A program made the translations under genes and the position numbers. DNA of 64,000 bases from Centroscyllium fabricii (Eukaryota): assembly GCA_051313645.2 (NCBI GenBank), contig JBNRSN020000011.1, forward strand, positions 114,824,001 to 114,888,000, given 5' to 3'. This document shows positions 37,746 to 51,256 of this stretch, piece by piece. The first letter of the stretch is position 1. Each line of letters opens with the position of its first letter. Under the pieces are notes generated by a model. That model was not told where the DNA came from and searched no databases. It worked only from the letters and a program-made list of their open reading frames with translations.

Positions 37746-39899
37746 TTTGAAACTGCGATGTAAAAGAACTGATTTTTGATAAAGGGTTTAAAATTAAAAT
37801 ATTTAAATACATAACACACTAAACAAAATATGTACTGGTGCAGAATTGGGAACAAAAGTGCAGGACCATAGCATCTTAGCACATCATAAAAGTGTTTTCC
37901 TGAAAAATCAGGGTGTGATTGGGGTGGGGGGGGAATGGTGATGCTTGGTAGGAGATGGTTCAGGGCACTGAATAAAAATGCACAGCATCAGAAACGAATG
38001 AAACTTGTGTAATACCCACTGGAAATGTTATGTTATAAATATATTTATGTTATGTTATAAATATATTTGTTATGTTATAAATCTTTAACTTAGACACTGT
38101 ATTATCATTGGCAACTTTAACCCAGGGATTTATAACAATGTGAAAGTGCAGCAAGAACTTTTAAGAACACCATGTTGCAAACAGTGAGGCTGCGCAGTCT
38201 CCAGCAGCAACCCTAGGACAGCTGACCTGTTTTTGGTGGGAAAAACAGGCCCCATGTGAGCCTTACATTTTGGGGGCGGAGAGACAATGGCCAGAGCTGG
38301 AGACACCGACTGGAAGAGAGAGGTCAGGAGCTTTGAAAAGAGGGCTTGGGAGGCAAATGGCTGCCATATCCTGTCCCAGGCTTCCAAACTTGGCCGCCGC
38401 CCTTCTTATTAGTAGCACTGCATCCTGAACTGGCTGGCTGCAAGTCACTAGTACTGGGGTATCGTCGTCTGAACCCAGATCTGCAAGGCAGAGGTCTGGG
38501 GAGAGCTGCTTGCATCATGCTGATGGGGATCTACTTGGAAAAGCTGCAGAGAGAGAGAGTCACCAACTCCAGCTGCTGTTGTGTGCTCTGCATCCAGAAC
38601 TCCAAGTGGGAGCCAGTGATAGTGAAGAGAATTCAACGAAGGGGTTTGGAGTCGTAAGTCTTGTAGACATTATACATACCATGAGCTCCAAGTTAAGCGC
38701 ACCAACAAAAGAGGCCTGATACAGGTTGTGTTAATTGAAAAAATTCTAGAGTGCACTCAAATTTGGACACCAGGACAGATTCTCCTTTGAATCCATGTAA
38801 ATGTATGTTTATTATGTCTAGATTCATTCCAATGTATACACAATGTCTAATTTAGTTCATTGACCTGTAATCTTCTTACACTGTTTGATGTTACACAGTT
38901 TTTATAGTTTTAACATCAAACAATCAAGTAAGATAATTAGAATTAAGCCATTGTGGTAGTGACCTCCTTACTGGACTATAGAATACGGCATATAACAGAG
39001 GCCACCTCTCACATATATCTAAAGAACCGTGAAGGGGTTACACTTGTAACCTTTAGGGAAAAAAAGTAAGAATTATGGTTCAGGTCTCAATGTGTTTTTG
39101 GACTGTAGTGAAAGCTACCAATGAAAGAAAATGACCTAATTGCTCTTGATCTGATTCCTTTCTTTATTTCTATATATTAATATATAAAGGAAAAGGGGTT
39201 TAGATGCTTTTACAATCAAACCATGCATGAGTTGAGCTATCTTGAATGGCTTTCAAATTTATTATCTGAAAAATATGAAACCATAAAGGAAAACTGCTAA
39301 AATGAGAAAAATCTGAAATTCCTCCCCATCTCTAGAGGTTGATGAAGCAACATCTCCAGGATATGGATCTTAACACTGGAATGTATATTCTTTGTACCTG
39401 ATTAGTTGCATCTCATGGGTATTCTTCCTGTGGACCCAGGTGTGTTTTATAGTGTATGGAAGGATCTGTATGTATGCATCCTTTTAACTTTCAATCATAT
39501 ATTTATTTATATATTCTGTTTTATAAAGAAGCCAGTCTCTCTTTTTTCAATAGAAACCCCTGACATCTTCTAGTCTGAGGAAAATATTACAATGTCTAAT
39601 CTCACTTGGAACTTTTTAGCTTTCTACTCTTAATCAAAGTTTCTGATTTCTGCTTTTCATGGAAAATGGAAGGTATCGTGCGATGCAATTTCCAAAACCG
39701 CAGTAATAACCCTGGAATCAGGTTGTGTTCTAAAACCTGAATTTGGTATATTTGATCATCGTGAACCAGGGGCCTCGTTCATGCTTTTTAGTCCTGTGAT
39801 CACAGCTAAACTGAATAATTTACTGCCATTCACATTTATTCCTACCTCAATGCTTTTATGAATTACATCCACATTCCCAATTCTATTTTCTCCAATCAT

Positions 39900-40378
39900 A
39901 TGAAATTAAACCCATTCAGCCTCTTTCTGTTACTTGAGAGAAAGCTCAACTTAAACTCGAGGAACAACACCTCATCTTCCGATTAGACACTTTACAGCTC
40001 TCCGGACTCAACATCGAGTTCAACAATTTCAGATCATAACTCCTGGTCCCCATTATATTTTTACCTCTTTATCCACCTTTTATTTGGCCTTTCTTTTCTC
40101 TATTGTGGGAGCCACCTCCCATTCTGCCAGGGTTTTTCACACCTAATCAACAGCTGTCTCCTGTCTACAGCATCATGTCTCATTTTGAATACCTCTCAGT
40201 CTTTTCTCTTTGTGCTGTCTTCTCTTTGTGCCCTCCCACCTCCCCCCGCCTTCCTGCTTGTTTCATTCCCCAGCTTTAGTCTTGATAAAGTGTCCGAACT
40301 CGAAATGTCGACTCTATATTTCTCTCCACTGATGCAGCCTGGCCTGCTGAGTTTTTCCAGCATTTTCTGTTATTTCTG
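39900..40378 (+). mobile_element. Penelope-like element 3' end
   Basis: KLEEQHLIFRLDTLQLSGLNIEFNNFR, homologous to the end of the element at 5745-7380; followed by a terminal repeat ending ccagcattttctgttatttc. Confidence 0.75.
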
Positions 40379-40877
40379 TAATGAACTTACCTGTTTAACA
40401 GTATTGGATTACCAATATTGGAATGAGATATCTAAAAATCAAATATATGTATATACTAGCATTTTTTCATGGCAAGTCAGAGGTTTTCTGCTATGGAAGA
40501 AGGATACACCTCTTCAGTGAAGGAATTTGGAAGGAAGTTTGCAAGAATTCTTCCTACAGCCAATGGAGTAAGTTTTTTTGGATTCCTGAGTGTTTTACTT
40601 ACCCACTTGTGTAGAATGAGATTTGTGTATGAATTAGAGGGGCCTGTATAGTTTGCTGGAAGTCTTAATTGTCCAAAAAATGGACTGGGATAGAGAAAAT
40701 GTTTATGGTGAAAAAGTGTTTTTTGCTGTGTTCAGGGCTTTTTTCTCTGTGAATTGTTACTCCAATGAAGAAAAGAAGTACTACTTGACCTGGTTCTTGG
40801 TAATGAAGTGTTAGGTAGGTGAATGTTTAGAAAATGATGACCACAGTATAATTAGGAGAGACATGTTAAAAGTTTAA

Positions 40878-41599
40878 GGGGGAAAAATTCATTAGCGACC
40901 ATTTTGGGTTGCTAACATCGCCTGGGCGCTAAATTTAGCACCCGGTGAAAAATAGCTCCGGCGATCGCGATCATCCGTTTTAGCGCCCCAAGAGGGAGGT
41001 GAAGTGCTAATTCAAGCGCTCCACTTCCTTCTTAGAGCGCTAACCCTGAATATCGGGGCGGTGCATTCTACAGTGCTACGCATTGGGCTATATGGCACTG
41101 CCACTTGGAAGAGCTCTGCCCGTCATTAATGGGGAGGGCCCAAGCCCACAACACTCTGGGGTCCTACCTGGACTATCTGGGAGCGGGATGTTGTGCCAGC
41201 AGCCCGGCACACAACGGGCCATGACAAGTAAGTCTGCTGATTGTTTTATTTTATTTTATTTTTTATTTTATTTTTTATTATATTTATTTATTTCCCTGTC
41301 TGCCAGCTCCCCTTTACTACCGCCCCGCGAACCTCCTGCTGCTCCCTTCCCGCCCCTGAATCAGTCACCGTCATCGCCCAGCACAGATTCAGGGGTCACA
41401 GGCCAATTTTGCAGGCGGGGCAAAAACGGGATGCTATACATGATGACGTCCTGCGAAGCGGGGTGCTACCGGTTATCGCCGCCGCTGAACTCCCGCTGAA
41501 TTTAGCAGGAATCGTTGGCAGCGCTGTGGCCAGGCGAAAAGTTGTTCGTGCCCCCTAGAGGCGACAACAGGAGGTGCAAATGCACCGAAACTCTAGCCC
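40878..41599. mobile_element. Harbinger-type MITE inserted into a CR1 fragment
   Basis: Degenerate TIRs gggggaaaaattc / gaaactctagccc; TAA target duplication; GC-rich subterminal agcgcc/ggcgct motifs. Confidence 0.6.
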
Positions 41600-42639
41600 T
41601 AAGATTATAAGGGACTATGACCATTGTTTCCATTGGCTGGTAAGACAGTAATGGGGCATAAACATAAGAATTACAGGGGAGATTATAAAAAATTGAATTT
41701 TCTGTAAGTTATTGAAGCAGAATCCCTATTTTCCTTTAAAATTAAATTAGCTCTGTTAAAATTAAATTGGCTCCTTTAAAATTAAATTAGCTCCTTAAAA
41801 AAAAAAAGGAATGATAAAAGGCCTGGAGAACAATATACTCCATTTAATCAGCTCCTTTCTGAAAAGTGAAGCAAAGTTAGAAAAGGCCTTTTGGCTTATA
41901 GAAGGTCGTACTTCTATTAACTCATGATAGGTTATGTTTCCATTGACGCTGGGAGTCTTAACACCTTTTTTGCCAGTTTAGTATGCCCCACGAGTCCAAA
42001 AACCTGCTAGTACTTTTTCTAGGCTGTTGAAAACAGTGAATTCTTTTTACGGTAAATTCACAAATGAACCCCAGCTCTTCACTTGAAAGGCTCCATTTAA
42101 AAGGTGATGCTTGAATTCTCATAATTTAATCTGCCCTTGGTACAAAACAGGGATATACTGCATTCCTGAGTTAACATTTCATGCCTAAATGAAGAATGAG
42201 CCGCTTTTGTGTGTTGGAAATAATGATTTCAGGAAACCGTCGCTATATTAGGGATAATAAAGAAACATTCATATACTAGGCTTTCAAAATACAGCATATC
42301 CCTAGTATTTGTTTAGGGGTATATTTACATATAGGAAACAATAAGCGCATCTTTGTACTGTCTTTTGGACAAGAATCAAATAGAAACCAGATTAATTACT
42401 TTCACAGGATTTGGTTCTCTGTACCCTTCTCAGTTGCATGTGGAGATGGCATCTGCTGTGGGCTGTTACATTTTCCTGATCTAAAACTAGAAAGTGTTTA
42501 AAAATGTCACGAGTAAGGGGCCCTTCACAATTGTCAACATTTTCACGAGCGTACAAACCGTACGCTGGGGGGGAGGGGGTCCGACTTGTCCGTACGCTTT
42601 TTTTTCGTTTAAATGTCTTTTTTTTAGTTTTTAAATTTT

Positions 42640-43290
42640 TTTTTTGGTTCCGGTTCCGGTTCTGGCAGGACGGCCGCCATCGGGCGGCTGTACCTCGACT
42701 CCTCTTCGTGGAGTCAATCCGTTCTGGTCGACCGCCATTTGACATCGGCGGTGCCGGGTGAGAGCCGGTGAGATGCGGGGCACAGTTCAGCCCCAGGACG
42801 CCGCATCAGTTCGGCCTCGGTCCAGAGTTCGGACCTCCGGGGTGTCGGGACGGCCTTGGCTTGGCGTTCCGGGGAGCCTGCGTCGAGCGCTGGAGCTCCG
42901 GGGAGCCTGCGTTGAGCGCTGGAGTTCGGAGCTCAGGGGAGCTGGGATGGGGCACTCGGAGAGGGCTAGGCTTCAGGCCTCAGGACGCTGTGCCCGGAGT
43001 TCGGAGCTCCGGGGAGTCGGGCTGAGAGTGGCCACGGAAGGAACAGTGGCAGAGCGAATTGACTGGGCGAGAGAGGACAATTTTACCAATGGTTGAGTGG
43101 CCAGAGCAGGAACGGGATCCACGATGATGGCGCCGAAGGATGGCTGACGTCTTGCGGGCTCGTTCGCGCCGGGCAGCTTAATTGTTGCGCGGTTGTTGTT
43201 GTTGTTCCACGGTGTGTCGGGTAGCAGTAAGCATTTCGTTGTATGGTGTTTGTTCGCTGTACAATGACAAATAAAATTGAACTTGATTGA
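42640..43290 (+). mobile_element. GC-rich non-autonomous element with a Rex1-like 3' tail
   Basis: Ends tgtacaatgacaaataaaattgaacttga, like the Rex1 tail at 9190; internal gagctccggggagcc repeats; no RT ORF. Confidence 0.5.
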
Positions 43291-43398
43291 AATTCCGCCG
43301 GTTTGAGAAGTGAAAAAAACAGGTTTAAAGGTAATTTAAAAAAAATTCCTTTGGAGATATTTGTTTGTGGTCTTACAGGTTGTAAATGTGAAGGTTTT

Positions 43399-43522
43399 TA
43401 TATATTTTGGTGATAGTGAAAAAAATCGGCAATTTGAACGCGATGTCGAGAGCTGCGAGAGCGGAGAGCTGGAGAGATCGCGTTCAAATCCCCGATTTTT
43501 TTCACTATCACCAAAATATATA
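43399..43522. repeat. Near-perfect inverted repeat (46-bp arms, 32-bp spacer)
   Basis: tatatattttggtgatagtgaaaaaaatcggcaatttgaacgcgat ... atcgcgttcaaatccccgatttttttcactatcaccaaaatatata; two mismatches. Confidence 0.9.
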
Positions 43523-43812
43523 GGGAGGAAAAAGGAGGAAGACATAAAGCAGGAATTTAAGGAACTAGGAAGGAAACTGAGAGACAAAACAAATAATGTC
43601 ACGATTTCTGGGATCCTACCAGTGCCACGGGATAGGGAGTGGAAAAACAAAAAAAGAATGAGAATAAACGCGTGGCTACAGGATTGGTGCAGAAGGGAGG
43701 GCATGCGTTTCGTGGACAATTGGGGATCGTTCTGGGGAAGGTGGGATCTGTATGACCGGGACGGCTTGCACCTGAACCGAAGGGGCATCAACATTCTGGG
43801 TGGGAAACTCGC
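43523..43812 (+). mobile_element. CR1 ORF1 SGNH esterase-like fragment
   Basis: EFKELGRKL...VTISGILPVP...INAWLQDWC...DGLHLN, homologous to 49033-49467. Confidence 0.8.
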
Positions 43813-44383
43813 CCATAGAGCTTTACAGCACAGAAAGAGACCATTCGGCCCATCATGTCCGCGCCGGCCATCAAGCCCTTTCTATTCTAATCCCATTTTC
43901 CAGCACTTGGTCCGTAGCCTTGTATGCTATGACATCTCAAGTGCTCATCCAAATGCGGTCGGGCTGCGCCTTGGGCCTTGCTGCCGCGGTTGAGGTTTGT
44001 CCTCCCGGAGGAGCCGGGGATGGGGATTGCCGTGCGGCTGGTCAGTCAGTGTGTTTACTGTCATCTTGTGCTGATTTTTACAGATCTGAAGTTCCATCAA
44101 CACACAAGGCCGCCGGCCCCCTGGCCCATGACCGCAGACAGTGACTCTGAGTAACGAGGATCCCCCTGATGAGTCTGCAGTCACTCTGGTTCCTTTCTAA
44201 ACCTCCCTGTGCTAATTAAATTCAATGGATGATGTTGGAAAAAATCAACATTTTTGGTGTACACTTCCAAGGAGGGAGGGAGGGGGGGGGGGGAGGGTCC
44301 CTAAGAGATTGTTGAATAAAAGTGTTTCTATTAAATGAAAGCTCATAATTACAGTAAAAATGTAGTCAGTGTGTTCTACAAAG

Positions 44384-46895
44384 AAACATAGAACCATAGA
44401 AGATAGGAGCAGGAGTAGGCCATTCAGCCCCTCAAGCCTGCTCTGCCATTCGATGAGATCATGGCTGATCATCCAAACTCAGTACCCTGTACTTGCCTTC
44501 TCCCCATATCCCTTGATACCTTTAGCTCCAAGAAATATATCTAACTCCTTCTTGAATATATTCAATGACTTGGCCTCCACTACATTCTGTGGTAGAGAAT
44601 TCCACAGGTTCACCACTCTCTGGGTGAAGAAATTCTTCCTCATCTCTGTCCTGAATGGCCTACCCCTTATCCTTAGACTGTGCCCCCTGGTTCTGGACTC
44701 TCCGACCATCGGGGACATTCTTCCTGCATCTAGTTTGTCCAGACCTGTCAGAATTTTATAAATTTCGATGAGATCCCCTCTCATTCTTCTAAACTCCAGT
44801 GAGTATAAGCCCAATCAACCCAATCTCTCCTCATACGTCATTCCTGCCATCCCAGGTATCAGCCTTGTGAACCTTTGCTGAACTCCTTCCATGGCAAGAA
44901 CATCCATACTCCGATAAGGCGACCAAAACTGCGCACAGTACTCAAGGTGTGGTCTCACCAAGGCCCTGTACAACTGCAGCAGGACATCCTTGTTCCTGTA
45001 CTCCAACCCTTTCGCTATGAAGGCCAACATACCATTTGCCGCCTTCACCACCTGCTGTACCTGCATGCTTACCTTCAGCGACTGGTGCACAAGGACACCC
45101 AGGTCCCATTACACTTCCCCTTCTCCCAATCTATTGCCATTCAGAAATAGTCTGCTTTTCTGTTTTTGACACCAAAGTGGATAACCTCGCATTTATCCAC
45201 ATTATATTGCATCTGCCACGCTTCTGCCCAATCACCCAACCTGTCCAAATCATCCTGGAGTTTTTCGGTTTCCTCCTTGCAGCACACACGCCCACCCAGC
45301 TTTGTGTCGTCTGCAAACTTGGAGATATTACATCCAGTTCCCTTATCTAGATCATTAATGTATATTGTGAATAGTTGGGGTCCAAGGACCAATCCCTGCG
45401 GTACCCCATTAGTCACTGCCTGCCACTCAAAAAAGGACCCGTTAATTCCTACTCTTTGCTTTCTGTCCGCCAACCAGTTCTCTATCCAAGTCAATACCTT
45501 GCCCTCAATCCCATGTGCCTTAACTTTACACACTAATCTCTTATAGAAAGCCTTTGAAAGTCCAAATACACCACATCTATTGGTTCTCCCTTATCTATTT
45601 TCCTAGTTACATCCTCAAAAAATTCTAGTAGATTAGTCAAGCACGATTTACCTTTTGTAAATCCATGTTGACTTTGTCCGATCCTGTCACTGTTTTCCAG
45701 GTGCTCAGCTATTACATCATTTATAATGGACTCTAGCATTTTCCCCACTACCGATGTCAGGCTTACCGGTCTGTAATTCCACGCTTTCTCTCTACCACCC
45801 TTTTTGAATAGTGGGGTAACATTTGCTACCCTCCAATCCATGGGTACAGTTCCAGATGCCAGTGAATGTTGAAAGATGATCAGTAATGCATTTACTATTT
45901 CTAGGGCCACTTCCTTAAGTACCCTAGGATGTAGATTATCCGACCCTGGGGATTTATCAGCCTTTAATCCCATCAATTTCCCTAACACCATTTCCTTACA
46001 AATACTGATATATCTCAGTTCCTCCCTTTCATCAGACCCTATGTTCTTCAACATCTCTGGGAGGTTATTTGTGTCCTCCTTTGTGAAGACAGACCCAAAA
46101 TATGCATTTAATTGGTCTGCCATTTCTTTGTTTCCCATTATAACTTCCCCTGCTTCTGACTGCAAGGGACCTACACTTGATTTCACTCATCTTTTTCTCT
46201 TCACTCATCTTTTTCTCTTCACATATCTATAGAAGATTTTACAGTCAGTTTTTATGTTCCCTGCAAGCTTACTCTCATATTCTATTTTTCCTTTCTTAAT
46301 TAATCTATTTGTCCTCCTTTGTTGAATCCTAAACTGCTCCCAATCCTCAGGGTTGCCTCTTTTTGGCCAATTTATATGCCCTCTCCTTGGATCTTCTGTT
46401 ATCCCTAATTTCCCTTGTTAGCCATGGTTGAGCCACCCTTTTTTATTCTTATGCCAAACTGGGATGAACAAATTCTGTAGTTCATCCATGGGGTCTTTGA
46501 ATGTTTGCCATTGCCTATCCATCGTCAACCCTTTGAGTGACATTCCCCAATCAATCCTACCCAGTTCACGCCTCATACCATTGTAGTTTCCTTTATTTAA
46601 ATTCAGGACTCTGGTCTCTGAGTCAACTACTTCACTCTCCATCCTAATGAAGAATTCTATCTTATTATGATCGCTCTGACCTAAACGGCCTTGTACAACA
46701 AGATTGCTAATTAATCCTTTCTCATTACATAATACCCAGTCTAAGATGGCCTGATCTCCGGTTGGTTCCTCGACATATTGTTCCAGAAAGCCATCCCGTA
46801 AATATTCTAGGAATTCCTCCTCCACAATATTTTTACTAATTTGGTTAGCCCAATCTATATGTAAATTAAAGTCACCCATGATGACTGCTGTTTCT
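44384..46895 (-). mobile_element. CR1 LINE ORF2 (endonuclease-RT), 5'-truncated and disrupted
   Basis: IMGDFNL, QAILDWVLCN, SDHN endonuclease motifs; NYRPVSLTSVVGK, GVPQG, KFADDTK RT motifs; tail. Confidence 0.93.
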
Positions 46896-47199
46896 GTTAT
46901 CTTCCTTATGATTGATATCACTGTTGGCATTGACTGCGTTAAAAGCCCTTCCAAACATAATGAGCTATACATGCCTTCAACCCAGCTTATCTCCAGTACT
47001 TGGTAAATTACTCATTAAAAGGCTCAGAAGGAGAAAATAAAACTCTGGTGTGTTAGCACTGTCTTACTGAACAGCTTAGTTGATTTTATCGAAGTCCAGC
47101 TGCATGAAATGGACAATTCCACATTTTGCTGCCTTTTATCCCAATTCCCAAATACAGTTAGTTCTACTCCTTTTCCAATGGAGCCTGTACATGATGGTA

Positions 47200-47830
47200 G
47201 CTGAAGGCAATGATGGGGCAAAGGGAGGGGGGGGGGGGGGTGCACAAGAGGCCAGAGTCAGAGGAACAGTTGTAGGGCTGGAGGAGGTTGCAGACATGGG
47301 GATGGATGAGGCCATGAAGGGATTTAAACATTAGTGATGAGGTATTGGAGAGCTGAGAGCCAATATAGGTCAGCGAGGACAGGAATGATTGGGCAGTGGG
47401 GCTTGGTGTGGTATCGAATATAGGCAGCAGAGTGTTGGATGCACTAAAGTTTACAGAAGGCGAAGGATTGGAAAATGACCAGGAGAGCATTAGAATAGCT
47501 GTCTGGAGGTGAGAAAGCCTTGAATAAAGGTTTCAGTAGCAGAGAGACTGAGGTAGGAGCAGAGGTGAGTGCTGTTATGGAGGAGAAAGTCGGTGATCTT
47601 TGTGATGGAGAGAATATGGGGTCAGAAATTTAGCTCTGGCTAGTATAGGATACCCAAGATTCAGCTGGAAACAGTGGCTGGGGAGTGGATTGAAATTGGT
47701 AGCAAGGGTATGGGGTTTGTGGTTGGGGCTGCAGCCAATGGCTTTGGTCTTCCCAATGTTTAGCTGGAGAAAATTGTGGCTTATCATAAACTGGACATCA
47801 GGCAAGGTCTGACAACACCCTGTGCAGACC
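47200..47830 (-). mobile_element. L2 LINE 3' fragment
   Basis: SHNFLQLNIGKTKAI and FKSLHGL.P...NLLQPY, typical of L2 ORF2 ends. Confidence 0.7.
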
Positions 47831-48489
47831 ATGCTCACAGAAGTGATCCTAAATAGAGTGCTTCTAAACAGAGTGCTAAAGTTGGAAATTTGGAGAAAGT
47901 GGGAATTCTGAGCAGCTGGAGAAGGAGGAGAGAGCAACAGGAGCAGCCGGAGATAAAGGTAGACCCCAGAGCGAGGTAAAAAATTCCTAAAGTGACGTCC
48001 GCACAAGGGAAGGAGTTGAAAAGTAAATAAATATTGGTGAGTAGCTGTTTTTTCTTAAGTCTTGAGTTTATTTCTACTAAGTTAGTTAATAGTCTATTAA
48101 ATAGAGGCATGGCAGGACACCTCAGTCCCACGGAATGCGTATCTTGTGACATGTGGAAACTGCAAGATGGTTCCTGTGTCCTGGACAACCACGTGTGCAG
48201 GCAGTGTCATCAGCTGGAGAAGCTCATGCTCCGGGATTTGGAGCTCGAGCAGCAGCTGGCGTCACTGCGGTGCATCCATGAGGCTGAGAGCTACGTGGGT
48301 AGCACGTTTCAGGACGTGGCCACCCCGCAGCGTAAGAGTGTGCAGGCAGAGAGGGAATGGGTGACCACCAGACAGACAAGGAGGACCAGGCAGGTAGTGC
48401 AGAGTCACTCTCTAACCGATATTCTGAATATTGATGAGGGCATTGGTTCCTCTGGGAAGTACAGCCAGAGTCAAGTTTATGGCACTGTG

Positions 48490-48912
48490 TGTTAAATCTA
48501 TCGCCATTGTTACGTTTAATGTTAGAAGGAGGACAAATGACGACAGACTCGGGTTAAGTTCTAACTGGGTGATGTTTACTGTACATGGTAAAATCACAAC
48601 TTAACCCGTGGCGCTTCTCGCGCCAACATATTTACATTAGCTTACAGCATAGTCTAGTACAGGACTAATAGCGAACTCATCGAGGACTGAGGACTAATCG
48701 AGGACTGAACAGGAACTACACTCGCGAGCTTATATACACACACGACAGTGGCTGGTAAGGGTACTGCAGCCTGGTAACATCACATGATGCAGTGCCCAGC
48801 ACCATCCTTAAAGGCACGGGCCATCGTATAGCACCGGGGTGATATAGAGGGGTGATGCTGAGGTAGAGTCTAGCATCATCAGTACATAGGTGTATGTTGT
48901 CCATACACCACA
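48490..48912 (-). mobile_element. Solo LTR related to the element B LTRs
   Basis: Reverse complement starts tgtggtgtatggacaacatacac like position 5345; TG...CA ends; 5-bp TSD ctgtg. Confidence 0.88.
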
Positions 48913-51256
48913 CTGTGGCTGGCTCAGCTGTACTGGGGGGAGGAGGAAGATTGGGACATCAATAGTGATATGGGAATTCAATAGTTAGGGGAACAGACCG
49001 GTGTTTCTGCAGCCACAGACCAGATTCCTGGATTGTATGTTGCCTCCCTGGTGCCAGGGTCAAGGATGTCACTTAGCAGCTGCAGAAAATTCCGGGAGGA
49101 GGGTGAACAGCCAGAGGTCGTGGTCCATATTGGTGACAACAACATAGGTAGAAAGTGGGATGAGGTCCTGCATGCAGATTTTAGGGAGTTAGGAAAGAGA
49201 TTAAAAAGCAGGACCTCAAATGTAGTAATCTCCGGATTACTCCCGGTGCCACGAGCTAGTGAGTATAGAACTAGGAGGATACAGCAGATGAACGTGTGGC
49301 TGGAGAGATGGTGCATGAGGGAGGGCTGTAGATTCCTGGGACATTGGGACTGGTTCTGGGGGCAGTGGGAGCTGTTCAGGCTGGACAGGCTGCCCCTCAA
49401 CAGAATCGGGATCAATATCCTTGTGGGGGGTGGGGGGGAGTTGCTAGTGCTGTTGGGGAGGGTTTAATTTAATTTGGCAGGGGGTGGGCACCAGGACCTA
49501 GCATTAGAAAGGAGAAACAAGGTGCACAAAGGATTTGGAGAGACAGATAGCACTAGAGTAAGAAATAGTACGGCATTAGGTGGTGCCAGACTAAGAGAGA
49601 ATACAAGAAGGTCTAAGATAGGGATACAGTGCATGTGTGTAAACGCCAAGCATGGTAAATAAGGTTGGTGAGTTGCAGGTGCAAATAGCCACATGGGGAT
49701 ATGCAAAAGGGCAGGATTAGGTACTAAATATTCCTGGATATAAGGTGTTCAGGAAAGATAGGGAAGGAAAGAAAGGAGATGGGGTGGCAGTATTGATTAA
49801 CAGGAATATTACAGTGCTGGAGAGAGAGGATGTCCTGGCGGGGTCAAGGACAGAAGGTATCTAGGTGTATTCTATAGGCCACTAACTAGTGGGAAGGATA
49901 TAGAGGAGGAAATTACAAAGAGATGCAAGAACTATAGAGCAGTGATATTGGGGGACTTCAACTATCCTAATATAGACTGGGATAGTAATAGTGTAAAGGG
50001 CAGAGAGGGGGAAGAATTTCTGAAGTGTGTTCAGGAGAAATATTTTGATCAGTATGTTTCCAGCCCAACGAGGAAGGTGGCATTGCTAGATCTGGTTCTG
50101 GGGAATGAGGTGGGTCAAGTGAAGCAAGTGTCGGCAGGGGACCATTTAGGGAACAGTGGTCATAGTATCATAAGGTTTAGATTAGCTATGGAGAAGGACA
50201 AGGAGCAATCTACAGTAAAATACTTAATTGGAGGAAGGCCAATTTTAGTGGATTGAGAACGGATCTGACCCGGGTAAACTGTAATCAAAGATTGGCAGGC
50301 AAAACTGTAATTGAACAATGGGCTGCCTTTAAAGAGGAAATGGTTTGGGTACAATTGAGGCAAGTTCTCACGAGGGGGAGAGGTAGGGCAACCAAAACCA
50401 GAGCTCCTTGGATGATGAAAGAGATTGAGAGTGAGATGAAGCAGAAAAAGGGAGCATATGACCGATACCAGGTTGAGGATAGAAGTGAGAACCAGGCTGA
50501 ATATAGAAAGTTCAGAGGGGGAAGTGAAAAAATAAATAAAAGGGGCAAAGAGAGAATGAGAATTGGCTGGCAGCTAACATAAAAGGGAATCCAAAAGTCT
50601 TCTATAGGCATATAAATAATAAACAGGCAGTAAAGAGGGGTGGAGCTGATTAGGGACCGAAAAGTAGATTTACGCATGGAGGCAGAGGGCATGGCAGAGG
50701 TACTAAATGAGTACTTTACTCAAGGAAGAAGATGCTGCCAAAGTCATAGTGAAAGAGGAGGTAGTTGAGATGCTGAATAGGATAAACATTGATAAAGAGG
50801 AGGCACTAGAAAGGCTGGCTGTATTTAAAATGGCTAAGTCACCAGGACCAGATGGGATGCATCCTAGGATGCCGAGGGAGGTAAGGGTAGAAATTGCGGA
50901 GGTACTGACGATAATCTTCCAATCCTCCTTGGATACAGGGGTGGTGCCAGAGGACTGGAGAATTGCAAATGTTACACCCTTGTTCAAAAACGGGTGCAAG
51001 TATAAATCCAGCAACTACAGATCAGTCAGTTTAACCTCGGTAGTTTGGAAGCTTTTAAAAATGACAATCAGGGACAAAATTAACAGTCACTTGGACAAGT
51101 GTGGATTAATTAAGGAAAGCCAGCATGGATTTGTTAAAGGCAAATCATGTTTAACTAACTTGATGAGTTATTTGATGAGGTAATGGGGAGGGTTGATGAG
51201 GTGTACATGGACTTTCCAAAAGACATTTGATAAAGTGCCACATAATAGCCTTGCCA

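Noticed and set aside
44140-44185. gtgact...ctgatgagtc...agtcac hammerhead-like stretch
   Set aside because: It lacks the GAAA half of the core.
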